Shown piece after piece: positions 9,588 to 19,199 of a DNA stretch of 58,353 bases. This DNA is from Bacteriovoracaceae bacterium (lineage in GTDB: Bacteria > Bdellovibrionota > Bacteriovoracia > Bacteriovoracales > Bacteriovoracaceae): positions 124,001 to 182,353 of the forward strand of contig JABIHA010000084.1 of NCBI GenBank assembly GCA_018649885.1, in the 5' to 3' direction. The first letter of the stretch is position 1; each line of letters begins with the position of its first letter. The translations under genes and the position numbers were made by a program. Below the pieces are notes generated by a model, which worked only from the letters and a program-made list of their open reading frames with translations, had not been told where the DNA came from and made no database searches.

Positions 9588-10106
9588 ATGCAAACTGCTC
9601 TTGGCGCATGTTATTTTGATCGAAAACAATTAAAGGTAATTACCCTTTTTGGATATTGCTCCAAAGGAGTTCCTGGACTGCAATTAGTAGGAGTGGGAAA
9701 GAATTCGCAATACCTAAAAGAGAAAATGGTTTACTTATCTAGAATGCAAAAAATTAAGTTTCCCCTAAAGAGATTTGTCATATGCCTTGATAATTGTACC
9801 CAAGAGGCAACGCTAGAAAATATTCAGTGGCTAGAGTTTCCACTTCTTATAATGTATTGGTCACTCGCTGGAAAAATTCCGATACATTGCCTGAGTGATT
9901 GTTTAACCATTGGAAAAGTAGACTTAGAAGGCAGAGTTCATCAACCTTCTCTTTTAGATGAAGATTTCTTCGAAAAAATAAAATTCATTATGGGTGATAA
10001 AAAAAAACTGATTCACTACGGAGATAGAAATACTGGTGAGTTAAAGTACATTAATGCCAGGGGACTATTAGGGGAATATAGTCAGGTACTATTTCCAATA
10101 TCTTGA
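9588..10106 (+). CDS. Stand-alone ComM/YifB (Mg-chelatase-like) N-terminal domain protein
   Basis: GVPGLQLVG, FPLKRFVICL and IGKVDLEGRV resemble the ComM N-terminal S5-2/Lon-like domain; no AAA+ domain. Confidence 0.6.
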   Translation: MQTALGACYFDRKQLKVITLFGYCSKGVPGLQLVGVGKNSQYLKEKMVYLSRMQKIKFPLKRFVICLDNCTQEATLENIQWLEFPLLIMYWSLAGKIPIHCLSDCLTIGKVDLEGRVHQPSLLDEDFFEKIKFIMGDKKKLIHYGDRNTGELKYINARGLLGEYSQVLFPIS

Positions 10107-10248
10107 TTTGTGGTGGCCTGCTATTTGAATACTGTATCGCCGAGATATCTGATCGGCAAAAGATTCTGGATGAATGGACCAGCTGGAGCGGGATTAGAGG
10201 AAATGGTAGAATAAAATATAAGTCGAGAACTCTTTCATGGAAGGAAGT

Positions 10249-10785
10249 ATGGGACTGGAAAGGTCAAAAAAACAAGAAACTAAAAATTTATTTGAAATCG
10301 CTGATACTGTGGTTTTCGGAACTCGTGGAATTTATCGAGTCGATAATATCGAAACAATGGAAATCGGGAAAAATAGACAAAAATTTTACTCACTTGTACA
10401 AGTGTATTCAAAAACAATACATCGAAATTTGGTAAGTGAGAGCTCTAAAGATATGTTGGAAATTCGGCCAATTATCACTGCTGATGAATACTTCAAACTC
10501 GGAACTCAATTTGATCGAATTCATATTGATCCACTAGAGTTTGGTCTCAATTCCAATAAAAAGATTCAGGCCTATACAGCTTGGATCCACGAAGAGGGCT
10601 TCATGGGGCTTGTGAAAGTCTACTTAGCCACATGCATGGATATTTCAAAGAATCCCAAAATAGATAAAAGGCTCAAGCAATTTAACAAAAAGGTGAGAGG
10701 CTCTATCATTGAAGAAGTGGCCACTGCCTTGACGACTAGCCTTGTGGAAGCCGAAGAAACTCTCAAAAAAGTATTCTTAGACTAA
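10249..10785 (+). CDS. CarD/CdnL-family protein (divergent)
   Basis: FEIADTVVFGTRGIYRVDNIETMEIG...FYSL...IRPII matches the CarD RNA-polymerase-interacting domain pattern. Confidence 0.7.
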   Translation: MGLERSKKQETKNLFEIADTVVFGTRGIYRVDNIETMEIGKNRQKFYSLVQVYSKTIHRNLVSESSKDMLEIRPIITADEYFKLGTQFDRIHIDPLEFGLNSNKKIQAYTAWIHEEGFMGLVKVYLATCMDISKNPKIDKRLKQFNKKVRGSIIEEVATALTTSLVEAEETLKKVFLD

Positions 10786-10858
10786 GCTTCACTTAAGCTA
10801 TGCCAAACTTCACTAGTCATAAACTTCTTTAAGTTTTCCTTCTCTTTTATGTTGGGTG

Positions 10859-11032
10859 TTGGGTGTTGGCAGTTGCCCTTGCCCTCCCTAGAAGTAGCTG
10901 AATAGAGCAAAATTTTCAAAATCATAACAATAATTTGAGTTTACAAAAAATTAGCAACACTCTTAATTCATTGGTAACCAGTGTAAATTAGAAGTTTTCC
11001 TTGGGAGGGCAAGGGCAACTGCCAACACCCAA
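10859..11032. repeat. 30-bp perfect inverted repeat with 114-bp AT-rich spacer (MITE-like)
   Basis: 10859-10888 TTGGGTGTTGGCAGTTGCCCTTGCCCTCCC is the exact reverse complement of 11003-11032. Confidence 0.9.
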
Positions 11033-11049
11033 TAAAAAGGCAAAGGGCT

Positions 11050-12078
11050 TTAAATCGAAAGTGCACGAGCAAGACCGATATTAGAGAAATCTTCTTCGGT
11101 CTTTTTACTTAAACAGTCCTTCATGGGCACCAGCTCAATTCTTCCCTCGTTATAACTTGTTACAATAGGGTGTTGTCCATCAAGAAGTGCTCGGACGGCG
11201 ACATATCCCATTTTGGATGCCATAAAACGGTCCAAGTGAGTAGGTCTTCCGCCTCTTTGAATATGACCCAAAATACATACGTGTGAGTCAATTCCATAAT
11301 TTTCTTTTAAAACTTTTTGAACTCCGTAAGACATACCAGGCTCTTCGCCTTCAGCTGTAATAAGAATTGAAGAGTTCTTTCCTCTTTTAATTCCTCTTTC
11401 TATATCTTCAGCAATTTTTTTGTAATCGATTTTAGTCCAAGGGAAAATGACATTCTCAGCACCTGTACAAACTGCAACGGCCATCGCTATCGCCGGAGAT
11501 TTTCTTCCCATAACTTCAACAAGAAAAATTCGAGCGTGAGAGCTTGCTGTGTCACGAATTTTATCCACTGCTTCAACTGCAGTGTTAACAGCAGTATCAT
11601 ATCCGATTGAATACTTAGTCCCGGCAATATCATTGTCGATTGTTCCAGGAATGCCTACTACCGGAATGCCCGTTTCATCAAATAATTTGTATGCACCATT
11701 GAAGCTTCCATCTCCCCCAATAACAACTAGGGCATCAACACCTTTTCTGGTGAGTATGTGGAAAGCTTCCTTTCTGATATCTTTTTTAAAAAAATCAGGA
11801 CATCTGGAGGTTTGTAAGAAAGTTCCTCCTCTTTGAATAATATTTCCCACACTAGCGGGGGTCATTTCTTCAAGATCACCCTCTAGAAGTCCGGCGTATC
11901 CTCTTTTAATTCCCAGTACTCTTAAATCGGCACCCAGAGCAGTTCTCACTACGGCCCTAATGGCACAATTCATTCCCGGTGAATCTCCACCACTTGTTAG
12001 AACACCTATAGTTTCAATCTTAGAATTATTTTCTAATTTAGTTTTTACTTTATAGTCGGTTTTTTTTCCTTCATTCAT
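11050..12078 (-). CDS. pfkA: ATP-dependent 6-phosphofructokinase
   Basis: TSGGDSPGMN, IGGDGS, PGTIDND, EVMGR and LGHIQRGG. Confidence 0.97.
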   Translation of the reverse strand: MNEGKKTDYKVKTKLENNSKIETIGVLTSGGDSPGMNCAIRAVVRTALGADLRVLGIKRGYAGLLEGDLEEMTPASVGNIIQRGGTFLQTSRCPDFFKKDIRKEAFHILTRKGVDALVVIGGDGSFNGAYKLFDETGIPVVGIPGTIDNDIAGTKYSIGYDTAVNTAVEAVDKIRDTASSHARIFLVEVMGRKSPAIAMAVAVCTGAENVIFPWTKIDYKKIAEDIERGIKRGKNSSILITAEGEEPGMSYGVQKVLKENYGIDSHVCILGHIQRGGRPTHLDRFMASKMGYVAVRALLDGQHPIVTSYNEGRIELVPMKDCLSKKTEEDFSNIGLARALSI

Positions 12079-12086
12079 TTTTTTTC

Positions 12087-13634
12087 CTATTGAAAAATTG
12101 ATTCGCCACTAAAGCCTTCAGGACTTTTTAGCCCCATAGCATGTAAAAGTGTAGGGGCCACATCTTTTAGTGCAGGATTTTCTGCTAAAGTATTTAATTT
12201 ACAATTTTTTAATTTGGGGTGAATAACACAAAAGGGGACAGGTGCGCCCGAGTGGCTTGTATGAGGAGAGCCATCGGGGTAAACCATTTGGTCGGCATTA
12301 CCATGGTCAGCAGTGAGCATTACGGTGATGTCTTGTTTTTGGCAGATATCAATAAGCTTTTTGACACAGCCATCAAGTGTTTCAATGGCCTTAACGGCAG
12401 CATCATAATTTCCAGTATGCCCAACCATATCGGAGTTGGCATAGTTAACTAAGTAGAAATCCCATTTGTTTTCATTGAGGGCACTAGAAAGTTTTTCAGT
12501 GACAATGTGAGCACTCATTTCGGGCTTGAGATCATAAGTCGCCACTTCTTTGGGAGAGGGAACTAAGACTCTATGTTCACCTTCAAAGGCAGCTTTTTCA
12601 CCACCATTTAAAAAGAAGGTGATATGGGCAAATTTCTCAGTCTCAGCTATTTTAAATTGTTTGAGACCACTTTTAGATAGATATTCACTAAGTGTTCCCT
12701 CTATTTTTTCTTTATCAAATAAAATAGGAAGAACTACATCTTCTGGGCAGTAAGGCGTCATGCATAGGAAGTAGCTAGGTTTAACGGGCACAGCAAATTC
12801 ATTAAATTTAGGATCGTTAAATGCTAAGCTGATTTGGATCGCCCGATCTGGCCTAAAATTGATGAAAAATAAACTATCCTCTCTCTTTATGGCGTACTCG
12901 CTATTAAATAGAGCAGGCGTGATGAATTCATCACTATTATCACTGTCATATTCTCCCTGAATATAATCGACAGGATTTTTCTCAGTGTTAGCAGTTGCAC
13001 CTGTCATCATTTCATAAGCAGACTGAATTTTCTCCCATCTTCGATCTCGATCCATTCCAATAGATCGACCTTGAATAGAAGCAAAGTGAAATTTCAAGTC
13101 ACTGTTAATTAATTGTTTAATATATTTTATTCCACTTGTACGGTGAGTATCTCTTCCGTCCATGAATGCATGGAAAAAAACTTCTATACCTTCTTCAAGG
13201 TTTAATAGCCTAATAATTTCTTTTAAGTGTTCAATATGGGAGTGGACTCCACCGTCTGATAAAAGCCCCATCAGGTGAATTCTGCCTCCAGAGGATTTGG
13301 CGTGATTAACCAGTTTGCAGAACTCTTCTCTTTTTCCAAACTGATTTTTTTCAATGGCCTCATTAATCCTGACCAGGTCTTGGCGAACTGGTCTTCCAGC
13401 TCCAAGATTCATATGTCCTACTTCTGAGTTTCCGGCCACTCCCTTAGGAAGACCTACTGACGTTCCCCCTGGCTCAACAGTACAAAAGGGATAGGACTTA
13501 AAGAGTTGATCAATGTTGGGAGTATTAGCATCCAAAATGGCATTTTTGTCTACATTTGCGCTGTGACCGAATCCATCTAGGATGATCAGTAAGGCCTTTT
13601 TTGAAATAGCTTTTAACAAAGTTGTATCTGACAT
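12087..13634 (-). CDS. gpmI: 2,3-bisphosphoglycerate-independent phosphoglycerate mutase
   Basis: ILDGFG, GNSEVGH, DGGVHSH, DGRD, NFRPDR, ETEKFAH, DMVGHTG and ADHGNAD. Confidence 0.97.
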   Translation of the reverse strand: MSDTTLLKAISKKALLIILDGFGHSANVDKNAILDANTPNIDQLFKSYPFCTVEPGGTSVGLPKGVAGNSEVGHMNLGAGRPVRQDLVRINEAIEKNQFGKREEFCKLVNHAKSSGGRIHLMGLLSDGGVHSHIEHLKEIIRLLNLEEGIEVFFHAFMDGRDTHRTSGIKYIKQLINSDLKFHFASIQGRSIGMDRDRRWEKIQSAYEMMTGATANTEKNPVDYIQGEYDSDNSDEFITPALFNSEYAIKREDSLFFINFRPDRAIQISLAFNDPKFNEFAVPVKPSYFLCMTPYCPEDVVLPILFDKEKIEGTLSEYLSKSGLKQFKIAETEKFAHITFFLNGGEKAAFEGEHRVLVPSPKEVATYDLKPEMSAHIVTEKLSSALNENKWDFYLVNYANSDMVGHTGNYDAAVKAIETLDGCVKKLIDICQKQDITVMLTADHGNADQMVYPDGSPHTSHSGAPVPFCVIHPKLKNCKLNTLAENPALKDVAPTLLHAMGLKSPEGFSGESIFQ

Positions 13635-13820
13635 ACTACACCCACTTTTAAAGAAGTGAGTCTATCATGAAATGAATTTAGATTATAGTTAATGCGAGGC
13701 GTTTATTGAAACACTTTATTTTTTTTTATTGTTCCAATGAACACTGCGACACTATATTTTTGGCAGTCTTTTGTAGTATTAGAGGCTCAACTTAAATTAT
13801 TATTACCGGGGAAGCAAAAG

Positions 13821-14465
13821 ATGAAGATGTTGATCTTAAATTTTTTACTCATGATACCTTTTTTGGCAAGTGCCAATTTTGCAGATGAGCTTACTACAAA
13901 ACAAAAAAATAGATTACTAGCTGGTGGGATTGTCAGCTTTACTAAAGTTCAAGCAGGACAAACCTATTCTCATTATTTTGCATATTACAAAAACAGAACT
14001 CCCAAAGAACTTCTATCACTATTTTGGGATTATCAAGGCCAGGCCACTTATGCGCCCATGCTAAAAACACTCGTATTACTTCCAGGGTTTAGTGCAGATG
14101 ACAATCCTAAGAGGGCCATTGGAAATGCAGTTTTTATGGGCATTCCACTTAAAAAATTCGAAATGGAGTACTCAACAGGATGCCTAAAAGGCTCAATGTA
14201 CAGTGAGTGGAAACAGATGAAGGCCGATAAAAGAGTTAAGGGGACTGTTGGAGGAGCAAGGTTTGAAACTCTAGGCAGTGGTACTCTCATGGGTTACTAC
14301 AATAAAATGGAGCCAAATGGTGTCTTCAATAAGATTTTTCTTAAGCTAGGTTTGAGATCAGCTTTTTTAAGCCACAGAAGATATTATCTTTCAGGCGTAG
14401 CTCATACTGCCTTACAAGAGCAAAACTTGCGTACTGCCTTGGCATCAGTTAGCTGCACTTTATAG
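13821..14465 (+). CDS. Secreted hypothetical protein, possibly START/SRPBCC-like
   Basis: Signal peptide MKMLILNFLLMIPFLASA; FWDYQGQATYAP resembles SRPBCC domains. Confidence 0.6.
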   Translation: MKMLILNFLLMIPFLASANFADELTTKQKNRLLAGGIVSFTKVQAGQTYSHYFAYYKNRTPKELLSLFWDYQGQATYAPMLKTLVLLPGFSADDNPKRAIGNAVFMGIPLKKFEMEYSTGCLKGSMYSEWKQMKADKRVKGTVGGARFETLGSGTLMGYYNKMEPNGVFNKIFLKLGLRSAFLSHRRYYLSGVAHTALQEQNLRTALASVSCTL

Positions 14466-14466
14466 A

Positions 14467-14925
14467 CTATTCATTGTGATAAGGGTGCCCGGAGCTAATT
14501 GTCTGGGCACGATATAATTGTTCTACAATAATTAATCGCGCTAATTTGTGAGGGAAGGTCAAAGGGGAGAGTGACAATTTTCCGTCAGCTAACTCTAGAA
14601 GTTTTTCTCCATGGCCAGCAGCTCCACCAATACAGAAAAATATATCATTGGATTGGCCCATTAGTTCTTCCAGGTACTTTGAAAATTTTAGGCTAGAATA
14701 TTTCTCTCCATCTTCGGTGAGAAGAATGATTTTTGCTTTAGATTTTTTAGAAAGATCTGAGATCTTTTTCAAAACGACTTCCGACTCTTTATCAGGGTTT
14801 TCAGCACAGGACTTAACTTCTATGACCTGAAGACTCGGATTCATCCGTTTTGTAAAATCAGATTCAATTTCGCGGTAATTTTTATTTTTTAATTTTCCAA
14901 CACAAATGAGATAGAGCTGACCCAT
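14467..14925 (-). CDS. rlmH: 23S rRNA pseudouridine1915-N3 methyltransferase
   Basis: VGKLK, IGGAAGH, LSLSPLTFPHKLARL and EQLYRA...HPYH. Confidence 0.96.
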   Translation of the reverse strand: MGQLYLICVGKLKNKNYREIESDFTKRMNPSLQVIEVKSCAENPDKESEVVLKKISDLSKKSKAKIILLTEDGEKYSSLKFSKYLEELMGQSNDIFFCIGGAAGHGEKLLELADGKLSLSPLTFPHKLARLIIVEQLYRAQTISSGHPYHNE

Positions 14926-14943
14926 TTTATGTCCTGGCCTTTT

Positions 14944-15396
14944 TTAGAAATAATCGAGGTCTTCAGCAACTGGAATTTCTACAGATGAGAAGTAATACTC
15001 TTGAGGGATATCAATTGACTTAGCTTCATGCCAAAGTCCTTCAATGTCGTATAGCTCTCTCGACCCTTCTAAGAAAACATGGACAATAACTTCGCCCAAA
15101 TCTAGAAGAATCCAGCCCGAAGCTTCACTTGCTTCTTCAGAGATCAGTTTAATATCGTAATTTTTGAAGCATCTTTTTATTTCACTGGTAATACTAGTTG
15201 CTTGAATGATGTTTACGGCAGAGGTGATGACGAAATAGTCAGAAAGTGAGCTCTTCTCAGAGACATCGAGAACTTTGAGGTTAATACCCTTAAAATTTCC
15301 CATGATCCAAGAGGTCGCCATGGCAGCATTTAGTGGGTAAGGATACCCATCAGCTTCCATTATCTTTTTTACTTCTTTATCGATGTAATCGCTCAT
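14944..15396 (-). CDS. rsfS: Ribosome silencing factor (Iojap)
   Basis: DYFVI, WILLDLGEVIVHVF and RELYDIEGLW; next to rlmH. Confidence 0.93.
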   Translation of the reverse strand: MSDYIDKEVKKIMEADGYPYPLNAAMATSWIMGNFKGINLKVLDVSEKSSLSDYFVITSAVNIIQATSITSEIKRCFKNYDIKLISEEASEASGWILLDLGEVIVHVFLEGSRELYDIEGLWHEAKSIDIPQEYYFSSVEIPVAEDLDYF

Positions 15397-15438
15397 AAGC
15401 ACCTATTTTTTTGTTTTATGCTTTGTAGCAAATCAGCC

Positions 15439-16455
15439 TCAGCCTTGCAAGTTCTCAGTTGATTCAAGCATTTTGAACAATATGGCCTTTAATTTATCTA
15501 GCCCTTTGCCAGAAACAGAAGAAATGACGAGAACTTTTCGGTCGAGCTCTTTTTCAAAATAGCTCTTAAATTTTTCAATTTCTTCTTCACTCATCGCGTC
15601 AGTTTTTGTCAGGCATATTAGCTCAAGCCTTTGGGTTATTTTGTCATCGTACTGGGCGAGCTCTTCTCTAATAGTTGTGTACATCTCGAAGGCCTCAAAT
15701 TCTTCAAGGCACATTGATGGGTCCACTAAATGAATTAGGGCCTTTGTTCTCTCAATATGTTTAAGGAATTTAATTCCTAGGCCTTTGCCTTGATGAGCAT
15801 TTTCGATAAGTCCTGGGATATCGGCGACAACCAGACTATTTTCTCCCAGAGTAACCACACCGAGATTAGGTTCAAGTGTTGTGAAGGGATAGTCTGCAAC
15901 TTTTGGTGTTGCTGCTGAGATTGCACTAATTAAGGTAGACTTACCTGCATTAGGGAGTCCAATGAGCGCCACGTCGGCAATGAGCTTTAGCTCTAGTTTT
16001 AACTTTAATTCAAGTCCAGGAAGTCCATCTTGGGAATATGTAGGTGTTTGGTTGGTTGAGCTTTTGAAATGTGCATTTCCAAGTCCACCTTTACCACCTT
16101 GGGCCACGATAGTTGTCTTTCCGTGTTCATTTAAATCATAAAGGATATGGCCAGTTTCACTATCTATTAGCATTGTGCCAACTGGAACTTTTATAATGAG
16201 ATCTTCTCCGGCATGGCCATCCATCATGCTGCCACCACCAGACTTTCCATCCATGGCCTGATAGGTTTTTTTACCCCTAAAATTAACCAAAGTATTGAGG
16301 CCATTATCTGCTTCGAAGAGAATGTGACCTCCGCGACCGCCGTTGCCACCATCAACTCCGCCACGAGGTACGAATTTTTCTCTTCTGGTAGAAGAAGCTC
16401 CTGCTCCTCCATGACCTGAGATGATGATAATTTCGACTTCGTCTATAAATCTCAA
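15439..16455 (-). CDS. obgE: Obg family GTPase
   Basis: Gly-rich Obg fold, GLPNAGKST, YPFTTL and DIPGLIE; TTG start. Confidence 0.97.
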   Translation of the reverse strand: MRFIDEVEIIIISGHGGAGASSTRREKFVPRGGVDGGNGGRGGHILFEADNGLNTLVNFRGKKTYQAMDGKSGGGSMMDGHAGEDLIIKVPVGTMLIDSETGHILYDLNEHGKTTIVAQGGKGGLGNAHFKSSTNQTPTYSQDGLPGLELKLKLELKLIADVALIGLPNAGKSTLISAISAATPKVADYPFTTLEPNLGVVTLGENSLVVADIPGLIENAHQGKGLGIKFLKHIERTKALIHLVDPSMCLEEFEAFEMYTTIREELAQYDDKITQRLELICLTKTDAMSEEEIEKFKSYFEKELDRKVLVISSVSGKGLDKLKAILFKMLESTENLQG

Positions 16456-16464
16456 ACTTTCTCC

Positions 16465-16494
16465 AAAAAAATGGGGAAGCTATCTAGCTTCCCC
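16465..16494 (-). terminator. Intrinsic terminator after rpmA
   Basis: GGGGAAGCTA/TAGCTTCCCC stem followed by a T run on the minus strand. Confidence 0.75.
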
Positions 16495-16520
16495 GGTATG
16501 GTTTTTTTATTACTCAAAAA

Positions 16521-16775
16521 TTAGGCAGAAACTACGTTTACCGTTTTCTTTGATCTGGTGTAGTTTTGAAATTTAACTACGCCTTCAGTAAGGGCAAAAA
16601 GAGTAAAATCTTTTCCCATACCAACATTTTTACCAGGGTGAAATTTTGTTCCACACTGTCTTACAATAATATTTCCGGTAACAACACTTTCTCCGCCGAA
16701 AATTTTAACCCCTCTCATATTTGGGTTTGAATCACGACCGTTACTTGTAGAGCCGGCAGCCTTCTTGTGTGCCAT
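16521..16775 (-). CDS. rpmA: 50S ribosomal protein L27
   Basis: [16 protein letters not shown] and GNIIVRQ.GTKFHPG. Confidence 0.98.
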   Translation of the reverse strand: MAHKKAAGSTSNGRDSNPNMRGVKIFGGESVVTGNIIVRQCGTKFHPGKNVGMGKDFTLFALTEGVVKFQNYTRSKKTVNVVSA

Positions 16776-16790
16776 TTCTTATCTCCTCAT

Positions 16791-17153
16791 TTACAAATGT
16801 TTTTTAGCTTGTGGGTGTTCTTTATCAATAGTTACAGTAGCGCCTGCTCCGTCACTTATCTCAGTAACAAGTAGTCCTGTATAGTGTTGACGATGACCAC
16901 GTTTTTTTTGGTACTGGCCTGGTTTTCTTTTGAATACAATAACTTTTCTGTCTCTTGCTTGACGTACAACTTTCGCTTTTACAACAGCACCATTAATTGT
17001 TGGAGTTCCTACTTTCGCATTATCACCACCAACAAAGAGAACTTGATCTAGATCAAGTGAATCACCAACACTTGCATCAAGTCTTTCAACATCAATAACA
17101 TCACCAAGTTCTACCCGGTATTGATGTCCACTAACTTCTACTACACCATACAT
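16791..17153 (-). CDS. rplU: 50S ribosomal protein L21
   Basis: MYGVVEVSGHQYRV...GHRQHYT; true start at 17153 after an AGGAG RBS. Confidence 0.96.
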   Translation of the reverse strand: MYGVVEVSGHQYRVELGDVIDVERLDASVGDSLDLDQVLFVGGDNAKVGTPTINGAVVKAKVVRQARDRKVIVFKRKPGQYQKKRGHRQHYTGLLVTEISDGAGATVTIDKEHPQAKKHL

Positions 17154-17262
17154 CTTCAAACTCCTTAGATTATGGGACCAAACAAGGGGGCCATACTCAG
17201 TTAACAGCGCAAACATGCGCGCGGCACTTGTAACCCTTTTTGGCTCTAGCTTTAACCAACAA

Positions 17263-17291
17263 GGTTTAGGATTTTTTAGCCCCATTGTCAA
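17263..17291 (-). promoter_or_regulatory. Sigma70-type promoter of rplU-rpmA
   Basis: TTGACA-N17-TAAACC on the minus strand. Confidence 0.55.
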
Positions 17292-17454
17292 TGGACTTCT
17301 AGGAGCAAAGGGGCAGCATTATGCAGACTTGGAGTGATAACCCGGTAAGTCAATGAAGTCCATAGGCGTTAATAGCCGAGTTCTGTGTTCAAGTGTTCCA
17401 AGTTGCCAGTTCACCTGCTTTGTTCGGGCAAGCTCTCGTGATTACATCAGCAAC

Positions 17455-17481
17455 TAAAGTTGGGTCATAGAGGGTCGATAG
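17455..17481 (+). promoter_or_regulatory. Sigma28 (FliA)-type promoter
   Basis: TAAA-N15-GTCGATAG, versus consensus TAAA-N15-GCCGATAA. Confidence 0.55.
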
Positions 17482-17541
17482 GGTATTTAAGGACCATCTG
17501 GGCCCTCGAAAATTGAGGTTATTTAACCAGGAGAGTTTTTC

Positions 17542-18363
17542 GTGAGTGCAAAAGATAATTCAGCCATGACATATTTTCGATTCCAAAAGGAGTTGGGCTA
17601 TAACATATACCTAAAGCTCGACACTCGGAGCTATTCCGACGAATTTTTAGATTTCATCGCAAAACACCAATTTTCTATGGTTGATGAGAAAGATAATAAA
17701 AGTGTGGAAGCTGCTATTTTAGAAGATAGAAAGGCCCGCGTTCTTAAAATCACTCCGGCCAATTTCTCCGTTTTAAGGAAGTTGGGAAGCCACAAGCCAG
17801 AGGACCGCTTTGGCAGAGAGAGCACCACAAATGGTTCAGGCTACAGCGTTTATCGATATAAAGGAGTGGCCTTAGTTGTTTATTCAACTTTTGTTAAAGA
17901 GTGGGAGCTAGGTGTCGTGCATCAATTTGGGACGGGGGATTTGAAAGGCCCTTCCAGTGTAGTCATTAATCGCTTTTTGTCCTGGGCCTTAGGACTCCAC
18001 GGAGTTGTTGGCTTTTGGGGGGTTCCTGTTGATGAGGGTGTTGTTGTAATGAAAGAGAAGGCTAGCGGTGGTGAAGCCGTTTTTTTAGATTTCAATAAAA
18101 AGCAACTTCTCACAATAGATGGTGCCAAAGATTTCAACTTTGGCCTCAATATTTTAAAGTTGGCCCAACTAGGTAAAGAAGAGGGAATTCAAATGAAGCT
18201 TGAAGAGCTGATTCCTTTTCTTGTGTCTCATTGTACGTACTTTGATTACGATGGAATTCCATTAAAAATAAGGCAGATGATTATAGCTATCTCACGCACT
18301 GCTACTGGCTTTGTTTATCATCAAAGTTCATTCAAGCCCAGAAGTGAAGAAGTCGCATCTTAG
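17542..18363 (+). CDS. Hypothetical protein
   Basis: 273-aa ORF with a GGAGA RBS; no recognised motif. Confidence 0.75.
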   Translation: MSAKDNSAMTYFRFQKELGYNIYLKLDTRSYSDEFLDFIAKHQFSMVDEKDNKSVEAAILEDRKARVLKITPANFSVLRKLGSHKPEDRFGRESTTNGSGYSVYRYKGVALVVYSTFVKEWELGVVHQFGTGDLKGPSSVVINRFLSWALGLHGVVGFWGVPVDEGVVVMKEKASGGEAVFLDFNKKQLLTIDGAKDFNFGLNILKLAQLGKEEGIQMKLEELIPFLVSHCTYFDYDGIPLKIRQMIIAISRTATGFVYHQSSFKPRSEEVAS

Positions 18364-18407
18364 TTAAGTCTGTATACAATTAATTTTGTGATAGGTATCC
18401 TCTCTGG

Positions 18408-19199
18408 ATGGAACCTTTAAATATAGATCCCGTTATTTTTGAAATTGGAAGCCTTCAAGTCCGCTGGTATGGATTGATGTATGTTGTAGGATACGTCATA
18501 GGGGGATTCTTACTTGGTAAGCTCTCAGAAAAAGGCTATTTTAAAGTGGCCAAAGAAGAGATTGATAAGTTTGTAACTTACTTATTGGTGGGGATGTTCT
18601 TAGGCGCTAGATTTGCCTATGTTTTCATTTACAACTGGGACTACTACTCCAACAATCTGGCTGAAATGCTTTCAGTTTGGAAAGGTGGACTCAGCTTCCA
18701 TGGTGCAATATTTGGAATGGCAGCAGCAGCTTATATTTTTGGAAGAAAGAGAAAGATACACCTACTAGAAATTACAGACTGTTGCGTACTAGCTGGAACC
18801 CAAGGAATTTTTTGGGGAAGGATGGGAAACTTTATTAACTCTGAGCTTTATGGCCGAGTCACTGATGTTTCCTGGGGAATAGTTTTTAAAGGTGCAGGTC
18901 CATATCCTAGACATCCATCTCAACTTTATGAGGGAATTGGTGAAGGAATAATTTTAAGCATTATACTTTGGACGCTAAAACCCAAATTTAAATATAGAGG
19001 CTACTTAACGGGAATTTTTCTAATAGGTTACGCTTTTATCAGATTCAACATTGAGTTTTTTAGAGAAGCCGACTCACAGCTTGGTTACTACTTTAATAAC
19101 ACCATTACCATGGGACAAATCCTCTGCGCGGTTATGATTCTTGTTGGGATATCAATGTTCTTCTATGGGAAAAAAAGAAATCTTCTTATTACAAATTAA
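18408..19199 (+). CDS. lgt: Prolipoprotein diacylglyceryl transferase
   Basis: WYGLMY, GGLSFHG, GRMGNFINSELYGR, HPSQLYE and EFFREAD. Confidence 0.97.
   Translation: MEPLNIDPVIFEIGSLQVRWYGLMYVVGYVIGGFLLGKLSEKGYFKVAKEEIDKFVTYLLVGMFLGARFAYVFIYNWDYYSNNLAEMLSVWKGGLSFHGAIFGMAAAAYIFGRKRKIHLLEITDCCVLAGTQGIFWGRMGNFINSELYGRVTDVSWGIVFKGAGPYPRHPSQLYEGIGEGIILSIILWTLKPKFKYRGYLTGIFLIGYAFIRFNIEFFREADSQLGYYFNNTITMGQILCAVMILVGISMFFYGKKRNLLITN

Noticed and set aside
17154..17291. 46-aa N-terminal extension of L21 in the ORF track
   Set aside because: The extension covers the promoter and 5' UTR; the RBS and homology support a start at 17153.
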